Positions 40,969 to 54,741 are shown, counted from the stretch's first letter. The stretch: DNA of 64,000 nucleotides from an uncultured Candidatus Rokubacteria bacterium (GCA_963758635.1 CAVWWD010000006.1:352001-416000); one strand, 5' to 3'. The notes: generated by a model not told the origin, from the sequence alone. A program made the numbers and translations.

Positions 40969-42097
40969 GCTGCGCGTCGGCATCCCGCGCGTCCTGAACC
41001 TCTGGTCCACCCACCAGTTCTGGGTGGCGCTCTTCGGGGAGCTCGGCATCGAGGGGCGGCGCCTCGTCTTCTCCGGCGACACCTCGGAGGAGCAGGGCCG
41101 CCAGTTCGGCAAGGGCCGCGGCACCGTCGACTGCTGCTACCCGGTGAAGTGCATCTCCGGCCACTACGGCGAGCTGATCTTCGGCCAGAAGGAGAAGCTC
41201 GACATCCTCTTCTCGCCGATGATCTACAACCTGCCCTCGTTCCTGTCCGGGCACGTCGCCAAGACCCTGGCCTGCCCGCGCGTCATGGCCGCGCCCGAGA
41301 ACATCCGCGCCGGCTTCGTGAAGGAGCGCGACGTGTTCGCCGAGCAGGGCATCCGCTACGTGGCGCCGCTGGTGTCGCTGGACGAGCCGGCGCTCGTGCC
41401 CAAGCAGCTCTACGAGGGCCTGCGCGACGCGCTGCCCGGCCTCACCCCGGCCGAGATGGCGCGCGCGGTGGCGGCCGCCTTCCAGGCCCTCCACGCGTTC
41501 AACGCCCGCCTGCGGGCGAAGTCGCGCGAGGTGCTCGAGTGGTGCGCGCGCGAGGACCGGGCGTGCCTGATGGTCCTGGCCCGGCCGTACCACATGGATC
41601 CGGGCATCGGCCACGAGATCGAGGTGGACCTCCAGGCCTACGGCTACCCGATCCTGTGGGCGCAGTACGCGCCGACGGACGCCGACCTGCTGGACTGGGC
41701 CTTCGGCGAGGACGTGCGCGCGGGCCACATCAAGTCGCCCTTCGACATCCGCGACGTGTGGCCGTCGTCCTACAGCTCGAACACCAACGAGATCCTGTGG
41801 GGGGCGAAGCTCGCGGCGCGGCTCCCCTGGGTGGCGTGCGTGGTGCGGCTGGCGAGCTACGAGTGCGGGATGGACCAGCCCACGTACACGCCGGTGCAGC
41901 AGATCGTCGAGCGCTCGGGCACGCTGTTCTTCTCGTTCCAGGACCTGGACTCGACCAAGCCGGCGGGCTCGGTGAAGATCCGCGTGGAGACGATCACGCA
42001 CTACCTGGAAAAGTACGCGCGCGGGATCATCGAGAAGAAGAAAGCGGCGATGCCCGCGGGCTGCCCGCTGGTGACGCCGGCGAGCGCGCCCGCCTGA
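40886..42097 (+). CDS. DUF2229 CoA enzyme activase-related protein (may be fused to the upstream gene)
   Basis: VGIPRVLN, DCCYPVK, ARPYH.DPGI.H, YECGMD; no convincing start codon. Confidence 0.78.
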   Translation: MATLTLPRWFARTPSASSPPETRSSRSKLRVGIPRVLNLWSTHQFWVALFGELGIEGRRLVFSGDTSEEQGRQFGKGRGTVDCCYPVKCISGHYGELIFGQKEKLDILFSPMIYNLPSFLSGHVAKTLACPRVMAAPENIRAGFVKERDVFAEQGIRYVAPLVSLDEPALVPKQLYEGLRDALPGLTPAEMARAVAAAFQALHAFNARLRAKSREVLEWCAREDRACLMVLARPYHMDPGIGHEIEVDLQAYGYPILWAQYAPTDADLLDWAFGEDVRAGHIKSPFDIRDVWPSSYSSNTNEILWGAKLAARLPWVACVVRLASYECGMDQPTYTPVQQIVERSGTLFFSFQDLDSTKPAGSVKIRVETITHYLEKYARGIIEKKKAAMPAGCPLVTPASAPA

Positions 42098-42176
42098 CGC
42101 GCGGGCCGGCCCCCGCCGATCGACGAGGGGTCGATCGGCTCCCGACCGAGTCGCTTCGCGTCCCCGCTGCTCCGCC

Positions 42177-42455
42177 CTAGTCCAGGTCGGAGAACACCGC
42201 CGGCACCGGCTCTCTCGAGCCGCTGCGGCGGTGGATCAGCTCGCACCAGGCGCGGTTGTCGCCGCCTCCCGCCTCCGCCGTGCCCGACAGGATCGCCTCG
42301 GTGTTCACGCGCAGGTCGTCTGTTCCCTCGCGGTCGGGAACGTGCGCGGCGCACCATTGCACGTCGAGCATCTCTCGGAGGACATCGGCATGCGGCTCGC
42401 ACCCTGGGCAGTACGCGCGGGGAACCGAGGGCTTCTCAGGAGGGAAGTCCATCAC
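42177..42455 (-). CDS. Small hypothetical protein with Cys/His residues
   Basis: YCPGCEP..WCAAH..WC. Confidence 0.5.
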   Translation of the reverse strand: MMDFPPEKPSVPRAYCPGCEPHADVLREMLDVQWCAAHVPDREGTDDLRVNTEAILSGTAEAGGGDNRAWCELIHRRSGSREPVPAVFSDLD

Positions 42456-42598
42456 GACCCGGGCCGGAAAGGGACCCGAAGACGGTGTCCATCCGCCCCC
42501 AGTCTACGCGCGGCTCATCCGGAACGAAGCAAACTTCGTTCGCGACCATGCCCGTCGCCCTCCTCGACCGTGCGTCGTCACGCTGACCCACGGCGCGA

Positions 42599-45226
42599 TC
42601 ATCGGTCGCCGCGGCCCCGGGGGCGCGACGCCCCCGGCTCGCGATCCGCGCCGCGGCCCGCCGGGCGCTCGCCTCGCTGCTCGATGGCGGACGCCGGCGC
42701 GGGTCGGGCCGCCGGCGGCGCCTGCGGGTTGCCGATCCGCTGACCGGGCGCGATCCTGTCCGCCCGCTCCTGGCGAGGGGCCGGCGCCGGGGCCTCGATG
42801 CGCGACGCGGCCCGCTCGCGCTCGGCCCGCGGGTCCGGTCGCTCGCTTCGGTCCTTGCCTCGCTGCTCCTGCCGCTGCTGCGGCGGCGGCTGCTGCCGCT
42901 CCTCGCGCTGATCGGCGCCCTTCGGAGGCGGCGGCGCCTGCGGAGCGATCTGGGGCTGCGGCGGGCCCGGCTGCGGCGGCCGCGCCTGCCGCTGCTGCTG
43001 CGGGTGCTGCTGGAGCTGCTGCCGCTGTTCCCGCTGATCCGGACGCTCGCTCTTCGGAGGCGGCGGCGCCGGCGGAACGACCTGGGGCTGCGGCTGACCC
43101 GGCTGCGGCGGCCGTGCCTGGCGCTGCTGCTGTGCTGCTGCTGCTGCCGCTCTTCCCGCTGATCCGGACGCTCGCCCTTCGGAGGCGGCGGCGCCGGCGG
43201 AACGACCTGGGGCTGCGGCGGACCCGGCTGCGGCGGCCGCGCCTGGCGCTGCTGGTCCTGCCGTTGCTGCTCCTGGCGCTGCTGGTCCTGGCGGCGCACC
43301 GGGGCCGGATCGTTGGGAATCGCCGAGCGATCGTCCTTCGGCTCCGGGCGCGCGTCCCTGGGCGCCGGCGCCTGGGGCACCGGCTGGGGCACGGGCGGCG
43401 GCGTCTGACGCACGCGCCGATCCGGCTGCGTCGTCGGCTGATCGTCCTTGCCCTGGCCGGGGCGCCGGCCGCGATCGCCGCGGTCCGGCCGCTGGCCGTC
43501 GTCGTCGCGACCCTTGCCCATGGCCGGAGCGCCGGGCGTGCCCGGAGCTCCCGGCGCCGCGGGCGGCGTCTGGCGCTCCGCGCCCGGCGCCCTGGCCTGA
43601 TCGGGATCCGGGCGGCCCGACCGCTCGCCGCCAGGACGCCCAGGCTGGGCGGGCTCGGCCGCGCGCTCGCGTCCGGGAGCGCCCTTCACCGGCAGCACGC
43701 GCGGCGCGGGCGCGTTCGCGCGCTCGGGCTCGAGGCCCTGAGCGCGAAGCGCCGGCGTGTAGTCGCGTGGCGCGCGCGTCGCCACGACGGGGCGCGACTT
43801 CACGGCGTCGGGCGGCCTCTCCGCCCGGCCGGTGGCCGGGGTCATGCTGGCCGCGACCGGCCGCGCCTCCAGCCCGCCGCGCACCGGCGAGAGCTGCCGC
43901 ACGTCGTCCCGCTCGAGCCGAACCGGCCGCACGTGCCCGTGGCCGAAGCGGTCGGCGGGCACGCCCACGACGGCGTTCGTCACGTTCACGTTCCGGTACA
44001 CGTTGATGTTGGTCACGTTGACGGTCGTGTGCTGGTGGACCACCACGTTGTTCACGACACGCGGTCCGCCCCAGCCACCCCAGTACGGCCGACCCACGAA
44101 GCCCGGGCGACCCCACCACGGGATGACCGGCTCGCCCCAGGCGAGCGGCGCCCACGCGAGCGGCCGGCCGATGCTCACGCGGACCGGGCCACCGAGGAAC
44201 ACGACGAGGGCGGGAGAGTAGACCGGACGCACCACGATCGGGCCCGGCGCCCACGCCCAGTAGCTGCCGACGTAGACCCAGCGCCCGTAGTGATACGGCG
44301 CCCAGCCCCACGGCGCGTCGTCGAGCCAGGTCCACCCGTAGCGGGGGTCCCAGATCCAGCGCCCCGTCGTGTACGGTGACCAGCCCGACGGGACCCCGGA
44401 GGGCACCCAGACGTTCCCGTAGGTCTCCACCGGGCGCCAGCTTCCATGCCGGTCGAGGTCCGCCGCGCCGTAGACGCCCGCGCCGACGTAGCGGACGCTC
44501 GCCGACTGGGCGAGGGCGTCGGTGCGCTGGTCGTTCCAGCGGTCCCACGCGGTGAGCTCGGGCGCGGCGACGAGCTGCACGCGCGCCCCGTCGGCGCCGT
44601 TGACCACGACCTGCTGGTTGGCCGCCAGCGTCGTCGCGGTGCCGCTCGCCGGGATCACGCTCGCCTGCCCCGCGCGGTGCGCGCGGAACGTGGTGGAGTC
44701 GTCGCCCACGTCGAGCCGGTAGTAGCCGGGCGCGGTCCACGGTGAAGGCGGCGTTCGGGGTGGCCAGCTCGAGCGCCTGCCCCGGCGCCATCTCCCGCAC
44801 GTCCACGCCCACGTGGCCGGCCGTGACCCGGAACTGCACGAGGTCGTCGTCCTGGTCGTCGAGCCCGATCTGCGTTCCCTCGGCCGCGCGCAGGAACGCG
44901 CGCGGGCCCACCTGGATCTCGATCGTGGTGCCGCGGCCGGCGTAGAGGACGTCGCCCGGGGCGAGCGGCGTGTTCACCTTGGCCGGCGTCCAGTCCTCGG
45001 CGCCGGGACGCCAGAAGGAGACCTCGCCGCCGTGCACGTAGCTGAGACGCGGCGGCGTCTGCTCCGACTGCGCCTGCGTCTCGCCCGGCGGCGCGGGCGG
45101 GGGAACCGCGCCCGCCGCGGGAGGAAGCGGAGGCGGCGGCGGCGGATCCGCCGCCCACGAGAAGATCGAGCCCGTCACGGTCGTGCACAGCACCAGGAGT
45201 GCGGCGACGATCGATCGTGCGTTCAT
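42599..45226 (-). CDS. Secreted FecR-like/DUF6600 protein with Pro/Gln-rich tail (frameshifted)
   Basis: Signal peptide, RLSYVHG.VSF..NTPL..GD, WDRWN, PYTTGRW..GWTW..PWGWAPYHYGRW. Confidence 0.8.
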   Translation of the reverse strand: MNARSIVAALLVLCTTVTGSIFSWAADPPPPPPLPPAAGAVPPPAPPGETQAQSEQTPPRLSYVHGGEVSFWRPGAEDWTPAKVNTPLAPGDVLYAGRGTTIEIQVGPRAFLRAAEGTQIGLDDQDDDLVQFRVTAGHVGVDVREMAPGQALELATPNAAFTVDRARLLPARRGRRLHHVPRAPRGAGERDPGERHRDDAGGQPAGRGQRRRRGARAARRRARAHRVGPLERPAHRRPRPVGERPLRRRGRLRRGGPRPAWKLAPGGDLRERLGALRGPVGLVTVHDGALDLGPPLRVDLARRRAVGLGAVSLRALGLRRQLLGVGAGPDRGASGLLSRPRRVPRWPGPREHRPAARVGAARLGRAGHPVVGSPGLRGSAVLGWLGRTACREQRGGPPAHDRQRDQHQRVPERERDERRRGRARRPLRPRARAAGSARAGRRAAALAGARRAGGAAGRGQHDPGHRPGGEAARRREVAPRRGDARATRLHAGASRSGPRARARERARAARAAGEGRSRTRARGRARPAWASWRRAVGPPGSRSGQGAGRGAPDAARGAGSSGHARRSGHGQGSRRRRPAAGPRRSRPAPRPGQGRSADDAAGSARASDAAARAPAGAPGAGAQGRAPGAEGRSLGDSQRSGPGAPPGPAAPGAATAGPAAPGAAAAAGSAAAPGRSAGAAASEGRASGSAGRAAAAAAQQQRQARPPQPGQPQPQVVPPAPPPPKSERPDQREQRQQLQQHPQQQRQARPPQPGPPQPQIAPQAPPPPKGADQREERQQPPPQQRQEQRGKDRSERPDPRAERERAASRIEAPAPAPRQERADRIAPGQRIGNPQAPPAARPAPASAIEQRGERPAGRGADREPGASRPRGRGDR
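42885..43290. repeat. Intragenic tandem repeats of about 120 bp (three degenerate copies) encoding Pro/Gln-rich units
   Basis: QQQRQARPPQPGPPQPQVVPPAPPPPKGERPDQRE repeated. Confidence 0.8.
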
Positions 45227-45519
45227 GAGTCGGCTCCATTCCCGGCCCGGGGAGAAACGAAATGCGCAACGGCGCTGCGCGAGGACGCAGAATCGCGGGG
45301 TTGGCCCGCTCGCCGATGTCAAAATCCGCATTCCTTCACATCCGGCCGGGGAGAAACGAATTGGGTCGTGAGGGCCTGGTGTTCCCGGCCGGTACGCCAC
45401 GTTAGACGGCTTACCCCGATCAATGTTTAGGTCTTCCATGACCCTCGAAAGGCGAAACTTTCCTGGCCCGTCGCGCGTTCCTGAGCGACCGGCCCTGCGT
45501 CCATCCCTTGCAAGCGCGG

Positions 45520-45528
45520 TGCTATAAT
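45520..45528 (+). promoter_or_regulatory. Extended -10 promoter
   Basis: TGCTATAAT upstream of GGAGG RBS and ATG 45562. Confidence 0.55.
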
Positions 45529-45561
45529 CCGCGGAACCACACGCGCCCGAGGGAGGACTCC

Positions 45562-46704
45562 ATGAAATACAACCGGATCTCCGCCGATTGCCACCTGGAT
45601 CTTCCGTGGATGCCGCCCGACCTCTTCACGTCCAGCGCGTCCGCGGCGCTCAAGTCGCGCATGCCGTACGTGACCGATGGTCCGGACGGACCCCACTGGA
45701 CGTGCAAGAACGGCGGGTCGTTCGGGCTCCTGAACGGCGTGGGCCCCGCGGGGGCCAAGTACATCCCGGGCCAGCACCATCGCGTGGACATCATGGCCGG
45801 CACCGGCCTCTACGACGACGGCAAGAAGGGCATCCAGCGCGTGTCCGATCCGCACCTGCGCATCAAGGACCTCGACCGCGACGGCGTGGACGCCGAGGTC
45901 ATCTACGGCATCCTCGGCGCGGCCACGCGGCTCAACGACCCCGAGGCGGCCAACGAGATGTTCCGGATCTACAACGACTGGCTGGTGGAGTTCTGCCGGC
46001 CGTATCCGGACCGGCACATCGGCCTCGCGTGCCTGCCGTACGGCGACATCCCCGCCGCGATCAACGAGGTGTACCGCGTGGCGAAGATGGGCCTGCGCGG
46101 CATGGAGCTGTCCTGCTCGTGGGACATGGAGCCGATGTGGCACCCGGTGTGGGAGCCGTTCTGGCAGGCGGTGAACGACGTGAACCTGCCGCTTCACTTC
46201 CACACGTTCCCCGCGCTGCCCCCGGGCCAGCTCGACAAGACGACCGGCCTCACGCGCCGCGCCGCCTTCTTCACGGTGGTGTCGGGCTTCCAGATGAACC
46301 TCGTGAACATCGTGGCCGCCATCATCGGCGCCGCCGTCCTCGAGAAGTATCCGAACATCCGGATCGCGCTGGGCGAGAGCGGCATCGGCTGGCTCCCGTA
46401 CGCGCTCGACCGCATGGACTTCGAGTGGGAGGACCGCTTCCGCGACCTCGGCCTCACGATGAAGCCGAGCGATTACTGGCGGCGGCAGTGCAAGGCCACG
46501 TTCCAGTTCGACCGCATCGGCACCAAGCTCATCGAGGACATGGGCCTCGAGACGCTCATGTGGGGCTCGGACTACCCGCACGGCGACGGCGTGTGGCCGG
46601 AGTCGTCGAAGTACATCGCGGAGCAGTTCGGCCACCTGCCCGCGGACCAGACGCACAAGATCACCTGCGAGAACGCGGGGAAGTTCTACGGCCTGATCAA
46701 GTAG
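45562..46704 (+). CDS. Amidohydrolase_2 family protein
   Basis: ISADCH, DLDRDGVDAEVIY, LHFH, ESGIGW, WGSDYPH. Confidence 0.92.
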   Translation: MKYNRISADCHLDLPWMPPDLFTSSASAALKSRMPYVTDGPDGPHWTCKNGGSFGLLNGVGPAGAKYIPGQHHRVDIMAGTGLYDDGKKGIQRVSDPHLRIKDLDRDGVDAEVIYGILGAATRLNDPEAANEMFRIYNDWLVEFCRPYPDRHIGLACLPYGDIPAAINEVYRVAKMGLRGMELSCSWDMEPMWHPVWEPFWQAVNDVNLPLHFHTFPALPPGQLDKTTGLTRRAAFFTVVSGFQMNLVNIVAAIIGAAVLEKYPNIRIALGESGIGWLPYALDRMDFEWEDRFRDLGLTMKPSDYWRRQCKATFQFDRIGTKLIEDMGLETLMWGSDYPHGDGVWPESSKYIAEQFGHLPADQTHKITCENAGKFYGLIK

Positions 46705-46790
46705 CTGGCGGTCGCGGCACGGCCCGCTGCGCGGCCTCGCGGCCGACTCCCCTCGGCGGTCCTCGCGCTCGGCGGCCCGCGGCGGGTCGG

Positions 46791-48065
46791 CTACCACCGG
46801 AGGCGGGACTCGAGCTCCACGCCGCGGCGCCGGGCGCGCCAGCGGATCACCTTCACGACCTGGAAGAAGGCCCACAGCGAGAAGCGGAACCGCTTCGGCA
46901 GCGTGCCGAAGGAGCCGCCGGCGAGGACGCCGGTCACCGCGTCGACCATCCCCAGGACGTTCCGCGGGTGCAGGAACACGTCGAGGAACGCGCGGTCGTA
47001 GAAGGACTCGATGAACTGCTCGAAGGGCCGCGTGCCGCGCCGCACCGCGCGCTCGTAGCCGCGGAAGCGCCGGGCCTGGAAGCGGCCGTCGCGGAACGCG
47101 CGCAGCACCGCCTGCGGCGGCGAGCTCGCCCGACTGCATCGCGATGAACACGCCGGGCGAGAAGATCGGGTCCACGAAGGCCATGGCGTCGCCCACGCAC
47201 ACGAAGCGATCTCCCACCGCCGGCTCGACCGAGTAGGCGATGTTGGACACGGTGTGCACGGGCGTCACGCGCTCGGCGCCGTGCACGTTGTCGCGCACGG
47301 CGTGGCAGCGCTCGATCATCTCCGCGAAGAGCGTCTCCACCGATCCCGTGCGGCCCTTGACCACGCGCTGGTGGAGGACGCAGCCCACGCTGGTCTCGTC
47401 GTGCGCGATCGGGATGTACCAGAACCAGCCCTCGGGGAAGATGTAGATCCGCACGTGGCCTTCCTCGCGGCCGGGGAAGCGCCGGGCGCCCCGGAAGTAG
47501 GCGAAGACCGCCACCTTGCCGAGGTTCGGGCGCGGGATGCGGCGGCCCTGGCGCGCGGCGAGGAAGGCGTCGCGTCCGCTCGCGTCCACCAGGAACGCCG
47601 CGCGGAACGGCTTCGGCCCCGCGCCGTGATCGATCATCGCGGTGACGCCGTCCGCGTCGAAGGCCGCCTGCTCGACGGTGGCGGGCTGGCACACGCGCAC
47701 GCCCTGCTCGGCCGCGTGCTCGAGCAGGATCTGGTCGAACTCCGCGCGGTGGACATCCAGCGTGTACGCGGGCCACGGGCGCCCGGGCCGGAAGCCGAAG
47801 GTGGAGGAGGCGCCGAACTCCTGGTCGTGGAAGGTCGCGCCGTACTTCATCTGGAAGCCGTGGGCGAGGACGCGCTCGAGGACGCCGAGCCGCTCGCAGA
47901 TCGACATGCACGTGGGGATGAGGGACTCGCCCACCTTGAAGCGCGGGAACCGCTCGCGCTCCACCAGCGTGACCGGAGGCCGCCCTTGGCGAGGAAGGTG
48001 GCCGTGGTGCTCCCGCCGGGGCCGCCTCCCACCACCAGCACGTCAGCGTCACGCGGGGCCGTCAT
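46791..48065 (-). CDS. Flavin-dependent halogenase-like oxidoreductase (two frameshifts)
   Basis: GGGPGGS, FPRFKVGES, WFWYIP, GDAMAFVDPIFSPGV. Confidence 0.82.
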
Positions 48066-48181
48066 CGTGGGGGCATCTTACACCGCGCGTGTTCTCTGTC
48101 GGAACCGCGCGGCCGGACCGCGACGTTGCGCGAGGGTCTGACTCCGTCGTTGCGACGACGTTGCGTCCCGTCTGCGGACCG

Positions 48182-48697
48182 TCAGCGTTCCGGGACGGTC
48201 CAGAGGTAGATGGGGCGCTCCCGGCTGTTGCTCCAGATGCGGCGGGTCTCCTGCGGCGGCCAGTCGTCCATGTCGTGCCAGTGGGACACGATGCGCGCGC
48301 CGGGCCGGAGGTCGCGGAGGAGCCTCGGCCGCAGGGCCAGGTTCAGCTCGGGCGAGAGGAACAGCGTGAGCACCGTGGCGTCCGCGATCGGGGCGGTGAA
48401 GAAGTCCTGGCGCCGGAACTCCAGGAGGTCGGCGACGCCGGCCAGGTCCGCCATCTCCCGGCTCTCGGTCAGGCGTCGCGGATCGATCTCGACGCCGACG
48501 CCGCGGGCGCCGAAGCGGCGCGCCGCCGTGGTGACGACGCGCCCGTCGCCGCACCCCAGGTCGTACACGACGTCGCCCGCTCGCACCTTCGCGAGGCGCA
48601 GCATCGCGTACACCACGTCCATCGGCGAGGGCTCGTAGTGGACATCGGGCAGGCGGCCCAACGGCGAGGAGGCGCCGTCGCGGACCACTCCCTCCAC
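48182..48697 (-). CDS. Class I SAM-dependent methyltransferase (start uncertain)
   Basis: VYDLGCGDGR, GVEID, LRPGARIVSH. Confidence 0.85.
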   Translation of the reverse strand: MEGVVRDGASSPLGRLPDVHYEPSPMDVVYAMLRLAKVRAGDVVYDLGCGDGRVVTTAARRFGARGVGVEIDPRRLTESREMADLAGVADLLEFRRQDFFTAPIADATVLTLFLSPELNLALRPRLLRDLRPGARIVSHWHDMDDWPPQETRRIWSNSRERPIYLWTVPER

Positions 48698-48950
48698 GAG
48701 GCCGGGCGCGCGGCGATGCGCCCGCTCCCTCGCGCCGGCTCGGCCCGTCCAGCGGCACCGCGTCGCGCTCCATCCGGCGGCGTCAGGACTCGAAGCGCTG
48801 GTCGCGCGCCTGGATGCGCGCCTTCACGCCCTTGGCGCGCGCTTCGGCGCCATAGGTGCCCTGCGCCTGCCGTGGGGGATCGTGATCATGTAGTTCTCGT
48901 AGAGGACCGTGTGAAGTCCATGCCGGTCTCCCTGCCTGGCCGCGGCGGTG

Positions 48951-50319
48951 TCAACGGCGCTCCCAGTCGCCGCGCTCGGCGCGCGGCAGCCCGAGGTTCT
49001 CGCGCAGCGTGGTGCCCGCGTACTCCCGGTGGAAGAGCCCGCGCCGCTGCAGCTCGGGCACCACGAGCCGGGCGAAGTCCTCGTACGCGCCGGGCACGTG
49101 GGTGGCGGCGAGCACGAACCCGTCGCACGCGCGGCCGCTGAACCACTCCTCGAGGCCGTCGGCGACGTCGCTCGGCGCTGCCCACGAAGCGGGGCAGCTC
49201 GCGCACGGTGCCGCGCCCGCTGTGCTTGACGAAGTCGCGCGTGGTCGGGTTGGGCGTGCCCGAGACCTGCACCACGCGATCGCGGAGCGCGAGGAGGCCG
49301 CTCAGGCCGGCGAGGTCGGCGTCGGTGAACGGCTCGTCCATCCCGCGCGCGGCGAAGTCGTAGTTCAGCACCTCGGAGAGCAGCACCAGCGTGTCGAGCG
49401 GATGCGCGAGCTTGTCGATGTACGCGAGCTTGTCCTCGGCCATCGCGCGGGTCTCCCCGACCACGCAGTACATCGCGGGCGCGATGTGGATGCGCTCGGG
49501 GTCGCGGCCCAGCGCGGCGGCCTCGGCCTTGATCTCCCGGTACGCCCGCTGGGCGATGTCGAGGCGCGGCAGGATCACGAACAGCAGCTCCCCCCAGCGC
49601 GCGGCGAAGCGCTTCCCCCGCCCGCTCTGGCCCGCCTGGATCAGCACCGGCCGCCCCTGCGGGGAGCGGGGCACCGTGAACGGCCCCCGGCTGCGGAACC
49701 ACTTGCCGCGGTGATCGAGCCGGTGGACCTTCGCGGGGTCGGCGAAGACCCCGCGCTCCCGGTCGAACTCGATGGCGTCGTCCTCCCAGGTGTCCCAGTG
49801 GCGCAGCACGACCTCGACGAACTCGTCGGCGCGGTCGTAGCGGGCGTCGTGCTCGGGATGGGCCTCGCCGCCGAAGTTCGCCGCCTCGGAGTCGTTGAGC
49901 GAGGTCACGATGTTCCACGCCGCGCGCCCGCCGATCATGTGGTCGAGCGTCGCGAACGTCCGCGCCACGTGGAACGGCTCGTAGTACGTCGTCGAGTACG
50001 TGCCGCCGAGGCCGAGGCGCCGGGTGGCCATCCCCATCACGGTGAGCAGCGGGATCAGGTCCATCTTCACCACGCGGATGCCGTGCCGGACCGACTCCGC
50101 GAAGTCGTCGCCGTACCGGTCGGGCATGGCGAGACGGTCGTCGAAGAAGGCCAGGTGGAAGCGGGCGTCCTCCAGCGTGCGCGCGATGCGCTGGAAGTAC
50201 TCCGGGCGCAGGAAGTCGTCGCGGGACTCGGCGTGGCGCCACGACGCGGGGTAGTTGGAGCAGTTCTGGGCCTGGAGGAACGCCACCATCACCATCTGCC
50301 GGATCGGATCAGCGGCCAC
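48951..50319 (-). CDS. NtaA/DmoA family FMN-dependent monooxygenase (frameshift near 49180)
   Basis: FFDDRL, STTYYEP, GRAAWNIVTS, PQGRPVLIQAGQS, TLRENLGL. Confidence 0.9.
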
Positions 50320-51174
50320 GTCGGTCCTTTCGCTTGCCGGCCGGGGCTCGTGCGGGTCGGCGCGCCGTCGTCGCCGGCCGGGCGCGCGGCGCCGGCGCGG
50401 CCTCGAGCTCGATGCCGAACACGGCGGCGAGCCGGTCCTCCGCGATCACGCGCCGCCCGCGGCGCGACGGGCTCGCGGGCTCGGGTCAGCCCGGCGGCGG
50501 CGCCGGCCAGGAGCTCCGTGTGCGCCACCCCGCGGAGCCGGAAGAGCATCTCCGGGTCGTCGTCCAGCCTGACGCCCACGCCGTAGAGGGTGGCCGCGAC
50601 GTGCTTGCAGAGCCACGATCCGCGGGCGCCGTCCGGGCACGTGCACCGGTAGCGGATCTCCGCGGGCGCCGGGAAGAGGCCGGTGCCCTGGCGGCACACC
50701 TGGTCCATGACCCCCTCGTCGAAGCGCCCGGCGAGGAGCTCCACCACCGAGTCGATCCTCCCCGCGCACGCCTTGACGAGCGCTCTGCCAGCGCGGCCGC
50801 GCCATCGCCTCGATGCGCACGTCGACCTGGTAGACCTCGGAGCCGCTGACGAGCGCGGTCACCGCGCCCGCCTCGATCCCCAGGTGGATGACCAGGCCGT
50901 TCCGGAGATAGCTGCGGCCGCGCTCGAGCCGGTTGACGAGCGCGGCGTAGGCGGCGAGGTTGTCGCACCACGCCCGGCCCCAGAACGTCCGGGCGAGCGC
51001 GCGCCCGCGCCCGCTCGGCGCCACCGGCGCCAGCGCGCGGTCGCGGGGCCGGCGGGCGGCCACGTAGCGCGCGGCGACCTCCCGGCGCTCCGCCACGGAC
51101 ACGTAGGGCGGAAAGGCTGCCCAGCGACGGAAGGCCCACGCGGGCGCGACGGGACGGCGGGGGCGCGGCATCAC
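50309..51174 (-). CDS. SWIM zinc finger protein (two frameshifts)
   Basis: FWGRAWC..RLERGRSY..VSGS; CTCPD..LCKHVAA.LY..LDDDP..LFRLRG. Confidence 0.85.
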
Positions 51175-51235
51175 GCGCCCGCGGGCGGGCCGAGGAACGG
51201 CATTGCGGACACCCGCGGCACGCCGGGGGACCGGA

Positions 51236-53975
<2,740 letters not shown>

Positions 53976-53979
<4 letters not shown>

Positions 53980-54410
53980 GGACGACCCGGTCTCACGACC
54001 TCGAATCCGAGGGCCTCCGCCGCCCGGGCCTGCGCCACATCAGTCGTCATCAGCCGACGCACGTCCAGCTCTTCCATCGCGGCCACGTGCAGCCGGTCGA
54101 GCGAGCGGACGTGTGAGCGGGCCAACGACTTCTGCTGCCTCAGGGCGACGTTGAAGACGGTGCCGGGTAGCGTGACGAACCTGAAGGGTTCGATCTCTCG
54201 CAGACGCTCGATCCGATCCAGATACGAGCGATACCTGCGCTCGCCGAGCAAGCCGCCGAGCCTCCGAGCGCGAAGCTGCACGACCGCCTCGAGCTGGACC
54301 AGGACGGACACGACCACGACGGGCTCGCGCGCCACGGCACGGTCGACCGCCTCGCTGTCGGGCTCGTCGATGAGAAGCTTCAGGAAGCAGCTGCTGTCGA
54401 GGTAGATCAC
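53976..54410 (-). CDS. vapC: VapC PIN-domain toxin
   Basis: IYLDSS..E..RSLDRLH..TTD; stop overlaps helicase ATG. Confidence 0.85.
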
Positions 54411-54423
54411 GCCGGCCCGCGCG

Positions 54424-54681
54424 TCAGAGCGTGTGGTCCTCCCGGTCGCCGGCCAGCGCGGCGTCCACCCAGCGCTCCACCTTCCCGCCGCTGGCCTTCC
54501 GCCGCCACCTCGCATGCGCGACGGGATCGAACCGCGGGCGAGGCTTCCTGCTCTCCGTGATTCGAACGAGCCTGGCCACCGGAGCGCCGTCCCTGGTGAC
54601 CACGACTTCGCCTTCTCGCCGGAGCAGCGCCTCGGCGGCGGGCCATCTCTGCCTCAGATCCCGCACGCTGATGGTCTTCAT
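54424..54681 (-). CDS. Phd/YefM family antitoxin
   Basis: MKTISVRDLR..GEVVVTRDGAPVARL. Confidence 0.88.
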   Translation of the reverse strand: MKTISVRDLRQRWPAAEALLRREGEVVVTRDGAPVARLVRITESRKPRPRFDPVAHARWRRKASGGKVERWVDAALAGDREDHTL

Positions 54682-54741
54682 GGGCGAAGATTAACATGTT
54701 TCACACCAGGTGCTCTGCCCACGCGGAGAGCGTCGCGGTCG

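Noticed and set aside
42256..44379. Long antisense or alternate-frame ORFs here and throughout the window
   Set aside because: Arg/Ala/Pro-rich shadow ORFs expected at high GC; they overlap well-supported genes and lack motifs
48784..48921. Possible remnant of a crotonase-like gene (MDF..VLYE start, AKGVKARIQARDQRFES* end)
   Set aside because: Too short and fragmented to support without a homology search
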